Origin: Balanoglossus misakiensis | Lineage: Eukaryota; Animalia; Hemichordata | Length of the DNA stretch: 64,000 bases | Direction of reading: 5' to 3' | Assembly: GCA_040954595.2 (NCBI GenBank) | Contig: CM082576.2 | Span: 1,040,648 to 1,104,647, forward strand | Program-made: the position numbers and the translations under genes | Shown here: one piece after another, positions 12,001 to 22,202 of the stretch | How the letters are laid out: each line of letters opens with the position of its first letter | Position numbering within the stretch: the first letter of the stretch is position 1 | Notes under the pieces: generated by a model | Database searches by the model: none | Seen by the model: the letters and a program-made list of their open reading frames with translations, nothing else | What the model was told of the DNA's origin: nothing

Positions 12001-15000
12001 ACATACTCAAACTGTGTGCCTGCCAATACGCAATGATTCCAAACCAATATCCAAGTCAGAAATTAAGGCAATCAAGATGATGTTCGTCATTGTGTTCTTA
12101 ACATTCGTGATGTGGTTTCCGGCACTTGCTGTCATATTTGTCAATTCCCTGTGCTCCTGTATACATCCTGTGGTATCAGAGATATTGATTTGGCTTGGAA
12201 TCTGTCAGACTGCTGTTCATCCCTTCCTATACACTTACAGGAAAGATTTTCGCCAAGCATACATTAAAATTCTCAAATGCAAAGTGGGATTGTCATCGCC
12301 TGCAGATACATCAATGTCTGTAATTATGGTTTCACCTGTATTACCGTCAGACGAATGATAATTCTGGATGACAATATGGATCTTTCAACATTTTTAATCA
12401 TTTTGCAGCGATCATAAAAGTCGATGAAGTGTGTTTGCTTTTTAATGTGCATTTATCTTGAAGTGTTTAGTGATTCTGTTTTAAGATGGAAAATTTCATT
12501 ATATTTGAGAAGGAGGCATGACAGAGTTAATCAAGTGTCTACTTTGTTCTGAGTATCAATTTAATTAATAGTGATAATATATCCCACCCTTGTTAATCAT
12601 GACCTCTTCCTTTCAGTACTGATCCCTGCACATGTATAATTTTATCTACTGAATTGGGATTTGTTTTACCAGTTACATCTAACAATCTAAAATTAACATG
12701 GAACTTACCGTACCCATTCTCTGTACATTTCAATGCTGCCACGCATAATTTTTCAGGAGATAATCTAATCATTGGTGTAACTAGGATAATGCCAAGAGTT
12801 TCACAATGTCGGTCATGAAATAATGCAGACTCTTCAGAAAAAAAAAACTATTACACAACACAGCTGTGCATTCTAGCAAAAGCTTTGTAATATATTTTTA
12901 TGAGACGTGTTCGACGGTTAATGTCTGTCATATTTTAATAGGAACAACATCAAGTCATCATTTAGGTGATGTCTTGATGTTCTAATATTCCAAGTAATTT
13001 TTCCTGAAAATAACTTCAATCATTATAGAGTGCATGCATGCATGTTTACAGATTCTATAGGAATTGTAAATGTGATTGGAAAGGGAAGAGGTTATCAGTG
13101 GAAAAGCAAACTCTGTTAACCTTTAATCATGAATGTGGGATGTTTACTTGATAGCACATCATCACAGTTCTGCTGAACCCATTTTAGTGGTAACATGACT
13201 GATTTTTATACTGTATTCATTTGACAAAAGATAGGTATGCTTCAGTTAATGTGTCAATCAAAGTTCTGCTGTCATTGTGGAAAACACATCATAAATGTAC
13301 TCTTTCACATTTACCAAACTGGCAAGTTATTCTCCTTGGAGCTGCATTTAGAAAATTTGAAGGGTGACACTTCAGTTTATAGATTGGCTCTTCACTTTAA
13401 TCTGAAGTATTTACAACTGAACTGCCAAGGAAAAAAACAAGATCTTTCATTATTAGAACTACAGGATGTGATCATGATGTTCTTTTTAATCAAGGACGAT
13501 TTTTATGAGCACAAAAAATGGCTTGTAAGCTTACTTTACAGATTGAACATAATAAAGAATGGTTAATTTTCATGTAGTTTTTTGATGGACATTTCACATA
13601 TATGATCAATTGTAGACTCTTGCTAATGTAACTTTTTTTTAAATCTTAATTGAACAAGATTGACAATTGCAATTAATTTGTCTGTACAGGTTGTGAATTT
13701 CAATGTTGGTTGTCCCCCTGGCCGACACTTGAAAATTCGAATACCAGATGCTGACATTCACAATTGCCAACCAGCTTTCAACTTTTCTATTGCAAGGTAT
13801 TAAAAGTCATATTTTCATATTCATTTGGCTTTGTACTAAAAACGTTATTTTGTACTTAATCAACCTGATTATCTTGCCTCAAATTCATGCCAAAAAAGGA
13901 GATGATTCATAATTAGAAAGACTTGAAGATCTATACTTAAACTTGAAGCTAACTGCTCTGCAAAAGAAGGACCTCTTCTCAAATGTGAACACCCCCGTCT
14001 GCAAATGTTGTATAAGTGCATTGTTTATAAATGTTCAGTGTTCATGGTAGTTGTAGTGTTAGTGTTTTGAAAGCATCAGTTTCATATTTTCTTGTGGATG
14101 AAATCAACGTAATAAGATTCTGCTGTTGTATAATAATACTAGTGTTGATTTTAAAATCTCTTTCAGAGAATCTGTGTCAGAGAAATCATCTGAACAGGTA
14201 GGGATTACTAAAAATATATGATCCATTTTAATTATAAAGTAAAATTTAACTGTGGGCGCTGGTAAGTAGATGGCTTTGTAATTAATAAAATTAAATTACT
14301 TGTAATAAACTGGGGATTGAATGAATTAACATAAATTACTAGTGCCAAAAGAGGTGTGAAAGACACCGTGATGAAACTTTCTCTAGGACCAAAAAACACA
14401 AGGCACATTATAAATGCATCTTGGAGGATGGTATATGGTGTATCCCTGCATATAATCAAAGATTTCATTCACATCATAAAGTTCTTTGACATTTCAGGAT
14501 GCTGAGTTGTTTGTTCATGAATACTGTTTAACTGTCTCATCATTAATATTGTGACTTAAATGCCTAAGGTCACAAATTTACTGCCTGTATCATTCTTTAT
14601 CTAGGCTACTGCATACAACACATTAGAGTATGGATGTCCATTGATGACTCGCTACTGGGAAACTTTCCGTCCAAATGTTGACTTGTAAGTTACGTTATAT
14701 AAGTGTGTTCGGGTCAGTGAAGTCTATTATTAAGGCGAAAGAAGTTTGTTTTATGCTTATAGCTTTTTCTCCAAAACAGAGCAGCCAAATGGTGTGATGA
14801 AATCTGTAACCAGAACAAGTCAAATTTTTGTTTACTAAGATGAAATTTCTGGAACATCATAGATTGATAGGAAATAATATTTTACTACTTTTAGATATGA
14901 TGATGACACATTTATAAGAGAAGTTACAGCCAATTTTGTGATTCGGGAATTATTCAACAGAACTGACTATACATTCAATGCTACCATGCAGGAGGTAAGT

Positions 15001-16424
15001 ATTACTGCAAGTACTTGAAGCAACCGAGATTCAGTAACACAGAGAAATGTTGATTTTAATAGTGACATTTCCGTGATGGCACATTCAAGGCCTAGTTTTA
15101 TTATTCTTTTTTTTAAATCCCTTTAAAGTTTAGTGCATGTGTGTCTTAATTGCCATAATAAAAGAAGTGTTTGACTCCTTACTGCCTCTCATGAAGTCAG
15201 ATTTGAAAGGCAGCGTCCAAAGATACCATATTTATGTTACTAGCATTCACATATATAGCAGAGTGCTGATGAAGGTTTTCCCTTGTTTTATACAAAGTGG
15301 CCCCTTTTACCTTCTCTTGTCATTATAATATCAGGCTGGTTGTAGCAAAGAAGCCCAAACAAGGAGGAGAATGATGGTTGAATTCATGGATTCTTCCTGG
15401 GGGCCACATGTAAGTATCCAAGTCTGCCATCCTGCCCAGAAGGTGGACTTGCAAAATGTTCAACTTTGAAACATTAAAATCATGTTGCTAAGTATTCTAC
15501 CTGCCAACTCTTCTGTATAATTATAAACATGAGGATTGCTCTAAATATAACAACGTAATGCAAGCCTAAAGGCGAGAGATGCCATGAAATGTTCACTCTA
15601 CAGTATATGTGTCACATTTACTGTACAAGTAGTTGATATGTTTTATGACAGCTTTGCTGTACAGTTTCTGAATACTAGTATTTATTAAATGTCCTCAGAA
15701 CTATGAAAGTTGTTTCAATGGGAGTGGCAATGAGCAGGGGATGGACTTATCTCAACCATACGAAATCATGAACAACTCTGGAGTTTCTGCAGTTAGGTGG
15801 CCCTCACAGAAGAAAAACAACTTATACATGTTCAGTTTAATAGTTGTTGATAAAGAGTACAGGTAAGGCGTTTCCACTTTATGTACCACCTGAAATTGAA
15901 ATATAAGCCCTTTAGTGAATCCCTCTGCCTGCATGTGACAACTAGCTTTGTTATCATATAGTGTAGCTGTGCCCTCACATTGAACATTCATTGTAGTTTC
16001 ACTGCTGAAAAATATTTCCTCATAAAAATGAAACCATTTCTGTGTTATTTTCAGCTTTTGTCCACTGGAAACAAAGTTTGCAGTTCTAGTGGTTGGAGAT
16101 TCCCGAGCACATGTTAACACTTCTGAGGTACGCATCAGTTTGGGTGCTTTTGCGGCAATCTTTCTTGTCATCGCCATCATCTCCTATGTTTACTTTAGGG
16201 AAAAACATATAGTTGAACTGGAGGAGAGGGCAATTGTTGAAATTGAAGAGAGCGCAGAGAAATGGAGACAGAAAAAGAGAATGAGTAGAGTTAAAGGGGA
16301 TGTACATCGTATCAGTACAAGAACACCTGGACAACTCCCAAAGTTTCTGTTAGATAAAATGAACACAGCTGACAATGTCATCAGCGAGGGCAATGAAAAC
16401 AATGCAGATGGTGAGAACAATTGA
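47..16424 (+). CDS. CATSPERE: CatSper channel auxiliary subunit epsilon, multi-exon; 5' end probably upstream of the window
   Basis: Joined exons give LVEYLSAIEGTLTWSASKGCHVYNNSAPVTQILCREAG, RWYLV, WRLWIIDPAHAD, CPYKYL...LWTHLVHP, VNFNVGCPPG, YGCPLMTRYWETFRPNVDLYDDDTFIREVTANFVIRELFNRTDYTFNATMQEAGC, WGPHNYESCF, QPYEIMN, YSFCPLETKFAV, then a single C-terminal TM (LGAFAAIFLVIAIISYVYF). These match my recollection of the CATSPERE/CATSPERD C-terminal domain, closest to epsilon (WGPENYKHCF, QPYEIIN, YSFCNL). Last exon 16055-16424. Internal exon boundaries are only partly resolved. Confidence 0.85.
5809..6442 (+). repeat. Left long inverted-repeat arm (634 bp)
   Basis: Reverse complement of 6988-7626 except for about 4 substitutions, a 4-bp indel (accg) and a 1-nt poly-A length difference. 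The ORF track shows mirror ORFs 6005-6295(+) and 7145-7426(-). Confidence 0.95.
6665..6982 (-). pseudogene. Decayed P2X7 cytoplasmic-ballast-like ORF (KolobokP accessory-protein type)
   Basis: MEFSNEDIVGFLYEPEYSSDE plus an acidic tract, then after stops/frameshift WCSC / CGKCEVISTVKECRCCHEI. This resembles the WCxCGxC...ECxCCxE Zn-binding motif of the P2X7 ballast domain. Confidence 0.65.
6988..7626 (-). repeat. Right long inverted-repeat arm (639 bp)
   Basis: Mirror of 5809-6442, ending ...gaaggtgtcggttcact|TTAA. Confidence 0.95.
11270..12358 (+). CDS. Intronless class A GPCR, aminergic-receptor-like, nested in a CATSPERE intron
   Basis: Seven hydrophobic segments: GNLLVI (TM1), LAFADL (TM2), WIFGQTFC (ECL1), TM3 Asp in FWLGFDAL, EKY in place of DRY, MWFP (TM6), HPFLY (TM7), FRQAY (helix 8). 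The start could be 11270 or the later ATG of MGSAD. Confidence 0.92.
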   Translation: MIEQKDLCILRLITEGKKMGSADVYVNSSDPDGGNINLIVQHTVAVKICIGVILLLIIICIVVGNLLVITSLVKYETLQHQLSRCLILNLAFADLALGILTVPFRLLRELFGSWIFGQTFCNFWLGFDALLAMACLYAVVLISVEKYLYVTMPLKYTSLVTKTRLQLIILLSWLFCGVTIFLPFATKIGLDETVDPAVKEACYVAMRLEFVSYLLGLNVLFPTSVMFYTNYQIYKAVKEQTRKIHTQTVCLPIRNDSKPISKSEIKAIKMMFVIVFLTFVMWFPALAVIFVNSLCSCIHPVVSEILIWLGICQTAVHPFLYTYRKDFRQAYIKILKCKVGLSSPADTSMSVIMVSPVLPSDE

Positions 16425-17259
16425 GAACACTGTTTTTTGAAAGTCTTTAGTCTTTACAGTTGAATTTTTAGAAGCGAGCATGAGGATGAAATGATTAACA
16501 GCGTTTAGTAAATGTTTTCTTACAATAATATCTGACATATGTTATGATGTATAAGCGTATAGTTTACGAGATGACTTCACAATCCACATATTGATTTCTA
16601 GCAGATCAGAGGTTACTTCAAGACATACAACTCTGATTAATATTGAGCTATTGACTGATCAATTTAGATGAGGGTAGTAAAAAGTGTGTTTCTAGAGCTA
16701 CTATTTGTCCGTTATATATATCTTTGTTCTATTATTAGAAACTAAAGTGTGTCTGCTAGACCCTTGGGACACTCGTACTGACAGTGTCGTTTTTGTAAAC
16801 ATGTTTGTGGAAATGAGACACTTTATGTCATTACATGTTCATTGGTCTCCATTCGAACACAAGTGACTGAACATTTTAGGTGTTGATTTCAAACACAGAG
16901 TTTTGTTTTGTGATTATTCATCTGGCGATAATAAACAAACTATAACAATAGCTGAATCTCAACAGAGAATATAACAAAAAAGTCATTATGCGTTATTTCA
17001 GTTGTAAAGTTTATTGAAAATGAAGATGGTGCAGACAGTTCAAAATGGAGGTGAACTAAAACGGGGTAGGTGTTTATTTAGTGGTGTTTCAAAGTTTTCC
17101 TATTGGATTGCCAGCAAATGTTTTTTTGTCATTATTTCGAATCTGCGAATTGTGGTTGAGTGATTCTCCTGTATATATTCTGCACAGCAGCCACCATGCG
17201 TGGAATCGATGTAGAATCCTGGAAAGACATGTCTTCCGTCTTACTGCTGAGATTGATTT

Positions 17260-20200
17260 TCATACGTCATCAATCGTCTGAAACAAAATAAGTCAATACT
17301 TTAATACAGTTCAATATGGTTATAGATTGACACAAATTGCCACCTTTGGTATAATTAAAGGGATATACAAGTATTTTAAAAGCAATAAATAATAGTGAAG
17401 TCAATACAGTGCAGCTGTATCAGAGGTACCGGTATCTCGAAGGGCCAAATCAACACTTACATTTCTGAGTTTGTTTTAGTGTGTGTGTGTGGTTTTGTTG
17501 TGACTGTACTGTTCATTATGAAATGTGGTTACACAAACACACCTCTTGTACCAAGTCAATGATCTTGTCCAATGTTCCTTTTTGATTTCGATGCATGTGT
17601 CCATTAAACTCAACAGCTGCCAATAGCAAAAAAAGATGACCCAGATATGATTGTTCCCTACAAGAAAAACATGGAGTCAAAATTGTGAGCGTGATTCCAA
17701 TATGACATTAATCCAATGATCATGTTTCATTCAAGGTAAGCAAGTTAGAACTAATAGCAGTACCTTGAAACTAACCAAAGCACTTTCTTCCTGTCTCTCT
17801 TTCTCTGAAACATACACACTCTTTCTGTTTTAATCTCCCTCCCCTCTCGCTCTCTCTGAAGCACACACACAAACATACAGTTTTTGGTAACAAGCTTGCA
17901 TGAATGTACAGCTAGCACACCAGCATGATGGATTACAGCTACATGCATGTACATGTGGTGACACAACTCCTTCCCCACATAGTAATTGCATGACCCATAC
18001 AAGTTCACCTGAAAAGTTTAAACCCCAACGGTCATATATTTACGAAGATGACATTCTGCAGGTTTTCCACGTACTTGAGTTGATGACCTTACCCTATATG
18101 ATATGAAATAACGTGCTTCTCTCTGATAATAATGCTTTCTGCCTCAGTGGAAATAATCGATGAAAGTTCCCGCGCGTACGCGGTGTTGAAAGTACTCAAA
18201 TGCTTAATGAGAGAAAATATAACCGTTGCTATGACTACTTGTCTCCGCTTACCTATTGCTGTAGGTATCAAAAGTGTAACAATCTTCTAGTGTTTTCCGG
18301 GACTGAAGAGGATCGATTTCAGAGTCCAAACTCGTGTCTGTGGGAAAACAGAGCTTCTAGTCAATGTAACAACAGATGGCATTCCATACAATCCACGTTA
18401 CTGCTACGTGCAAAATCATTATTCATCGACCAAGAGGTTGCCCCACTCATCACAGTCCCTCCACACACAGTCAGGAAACGGACATTGTTCAAACAGTGAA
18501 CTCCAAAATGCTTACGATTTTTTTCGTTCTTGCTGCCATTTTCATGTAAACAGTAAACGTAAACTTACTTGATGGAATCTTTTCCACTACTTCTTCCTCT
18601 TCGTGGTGACTTTCGGCTGCTTTCTGTCAACAAAATTGTCGCGTCATTCTTTCAGTTATTTAAAAATCTAAACACCAGATCGTTTTGTAATGCAAAGGAT
18701 GAACTTCTCAAAACTAGATTCGTAGGCTCTCATAAAGACTTCTCAACTATGTCTATACCGTATACATGTAGTTTTAGAGTCTTACATTCTCAATGAATGC
18801 TAATAAATCCTAATGACCTAACGTCCTCTTTTAAAGAACGAAATAACCTTAACAAGCAGAGATAGATGCGACATCAATCGCTGGTCTCTGCATATATACT
18901 GTTGGAGAGGGATTGTGATTTGATGGTGCATATGGTGTAGACTTGGCTGTTTGTGCCTCAATACATTATTACCGACTCTTTCAACTTACCAATGCCTTTT
19001 TTCTCAACGCATCTTCTGCTGCCGCTGCTTCCAAAGTCAACTGGAAGTTGTCCACCAAAACGGCAACGAACAAGCTGTAGAAATAAAAAAGCGCAACAAT
19101 AATTTGAATTCATTCTAAAAAGCTTTTATCATCCATTTTGTTTCAATCATTACATTTCTCGTCAAGCATCATCAATAAACAATATGGGAATATGAAATGA
19201 GGCATGTTAATAGCGTTAGAATATTTATAAAAGGAAATTGTACCTACTTTAAAAAGATAAAATATTCAACAACAATGTATGTAATCAGATACAAGATAAT
19301 GTGGACTGCCTCTGAAAGAAAGATGATATTTTGAATGAAATTAAAATTCATCACTTAAAGATTTGGTGGTCGCCATCTGCATATATGTGTTGATAGTATT
19401 ATAGCACATTGAAAACAACCAGAGATATTCCACCATAGTTCACGTTTCAAACATCTAACCATGCTTTAATGCATGCCTGGGTAAATGTGTTGGACCAAAT
19501 CAATGTGCTGCCTACAATGACCATGATGACTAATACCTGGCTTAGCGTTTACTGCGTCCACATAGATGTAAAACCAATCGTCAAGTGTTAAAAGCTGGAA
19601 AAGCGTGAAAACTGCCTTCCAAAGATCACCAAAGCGAGATGGGTCCACTTCTGCATACAGTCCACGGCCAATCACGGCAAACATATCTTACAGCATGGTC
19701 AAAGAATCATCATCGTCGACGTTGTCATAACATCCTCATCACCACCATCATCAACATCATCATGTGCACTTTTACACGATAGCGACTGTTGAAGTTCACA
19801 AACTTTGTAATGAAGATGAAGATCTGGATTTTTCGGCCTTTCTCTTTCACCCATTTTTATATTTCATTTTTAAGATTTTATATAAATGTACATTTTTATT
19901 TTCCTCTAATAAGTATTTCTGTGTAGTTTTAGAAGGCCCTAAGGTAAACAAATAATGACTTTATTGTATTCAGATAACCCTCTGTAAATCACTACTTCTA
20001 GATCAAAGGATACACAAGAACAAAGATATTAACATAACAATGGCTCCCATGGACTGCATTGACTGCAAACACGTGTTCATAATAACTTGGATGTTCTTTA
20101 AAAATCTGTATGAAGTGAAAAAGTTGGTTATTTTTGTTATTTGAGATCGAACTTGAGGACAGAGATTCTCAGAACCACTTGTTGGCAAATGGACTGAGAT

Positions 20201-21597
20201 CCAAATATCATAATTTTGTTCAATACTGTGCAGAAAAGCGCTTGTCAATCTACATTATGATCACATTCGCATGTTCATTCCCACATTCTCCATCATTTAT
20301 AAGTATTTGAGTCATTGCGTTAAAAATTAAGTATTTTCCATTTATAAAACCAATGTTCGGAAAAACGAAGTAATATTGTATACGCGTCTACCTGACTGTC
20401 CTGAGTACGCGAAGAGCTCGAAGCGCCCTCATCGCCCGAAACATGACCAGAAACTTCAGAATATTCACATCATTCTCCAAAATAATCTGTGTCATGTAAT
20501 CCGCTATATTCGAACAGACGATTATGAAATCTTAAACAAATGACCAACAAAAAAAACAAACGTTAAAAGAGTGACTTAGGCCTAACAGACCTTGAGTATA
20601 AAAACAAAGACAGGGGAAACTACTGTTTGACTAGACCACAAAGTACTGAGAGGCGGCGCCATATTCTCGTATAATGTTTTCCGTCGTCCTTGTGAGATGA
20701 AGGTAATTGGTAAAGGAATGTTCTTAGAAGTACGTTATCTTCCCGAAGTTGCCGCCATGTACCTACCAATTACATTCCATTGCTCTTTGAAGAAATCAAA
20801 TCTCCAAACGTACAGTTTGAGGGCGCACTCTACAAAATAGATGACCATCATGATGTAATCGATGATTCGCGCATACCAACCTATTAAAAAGACGTATGGA
20901 AAATTTTAATCGGATGTGGGTATGCCACGATAAACTGTGACAGCACTGACCGTGACAAGTTTAGATAGCGGAGAAGACTTCTGTATACATTTGCTTGACT
21001 TCACAACTTAACAAATTTCCATTCCCATCTTTTAAAATGTAAAACTAGGGCCAGAAAACATTTCTAAACGACAGCACTTTTCATTTGCTTTAATTCTGTA
21101 TAGAAGAGTTCATGATACAGCCATAACATTGCACCGGTATCTCCTATAAATTTACAAACACTTTGATATCAAACAAACTGTAGCTGTAAGAATACCAACT
21201 CACCAAACTTGACTTGTACTTCACGGAAAGTGACGGCACACAGCAATGCTGTATTTAGTAAAATGATGACCAAGATGAATCCATTGAACGTCATAGATTC
21301 GATAAAGACATACATATGTCTTCTGAAGGGACTTGCAGACTCGAAAACATGCATCGCTCTTCTCTTTCTTTCCTTTTCATCAACTTTATCTCGTTCGATT
21401 GTCGCTGTCTCTAATGCATGGTAACTTTTCTGTTGTTCAGATTTCTTTGGTGGTTGTTGGTGTTTCAGCAGTGTCATTTGACGTCGGACGTCAGGGGGAA
21501 GTTTGTTGACCATTTGTGAGCCATGCGTTGCGTCAATTAAAGATTTTATTCGCTTGTCTTTCGGCTCCACTTGGAGACCACTTGTTTGTTGTTCCAT
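17260..21597 (-). CDS. CATSPER1: CatSper pore-forming subunit 1, 11 coding exons, about 436 aa
   Basis: Exons 21597-21204, 20880-20767, 20530-20392, 20105-20014, 19686-19537, 19311-19248, 19074-18990, 18623-18569, 18337-18253, 17657-17543 and 17277-17260 join in frame. S4 is RAMRALRALRVLRTVR, the pore is FTLFQLLTLDDW (TLDDW is the CatSper1 signature), S6 is YFIFLNLFVAVLVDNFQ, and the C-terminal helix is HLFLLLAAVEFNGHMHRNQKGTLDKII. Confidence 0.9.
19687..20013 (-). other. U12-type (minor spliceosome) GT-AG intron in CATSPER1
   Basis: 5' splice site GTATCCTTT; branch-like TTCTTTGAC about 11 nt before the AG; no polypyrimidine tract. Removing it restores FL-Y-MFAVIG in frame. Confidence 0.85.
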
Positions 21598-22202
21598 GGT
21601 TACGGGAGGGCGAACGTCACCGTGACTATTTTACAGAGCTGGGCGTCTTTAATATTGTCTCAAACTGGTCTCATGAATGTGCCTACAAGTAGCAGTAAAA
21701 TACATTTCAATCTAGGATGTTGTCTGACCGTTCGTTGCAAATTTGACAAGGAAGGTACATTTTTCTATGTACATTGTATGCAGCCATGCCAGAACTTGAC
21801 GAGGTCGGCCTATATTTGCTAAGGTGTGTAATACATACAGATAAACGATAGAGCACTGATGGAGTGATGGTGAAACTAAGATAAATAAGTAATGTTAATA
21901 TGGAATATAAATGGTAAACTTGTACTCACTTTTTCATGTTTTCTTCTCGGACTAACAATGACTAACGTTAATTTTAAGTTTAGTATGACAGTTGCCAAGG
22001 GAAGCAAAATATGTTCTTTGGTTCTATACCCATCATCCCCTTCTTTCATCCGCCTACTTTTTGTACGCATGCGCGTATGCCAGTACGTCACTTGGCCCTC
22101 TTTCGGTAGACCAACTGGTACAGTGTCGTATGATTTCTGTATGAGCCGATCGAAGACGTTTGCATCGAAAATCCGGAATATCGAACATATTTAATCGCAA
22201 AA
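21598..22202. promoter_or_regulatory. Putative bidirectional promoter shared by CATSPER1 and NAPA
   Basis: Divergent ATGs about 605 bp apart; locally CpG-richer; NRF1-like ACGCATGCGCG near 22065. Confidence 0.5.

Noticed and set aside
18513-18540. AAAATGGCAGC...GTAAGC on the minus strand, resembling a separate first exon
   Set aside because: It lies within a CATSPER1 intron whose flanking exons already join in frame; no independent support.
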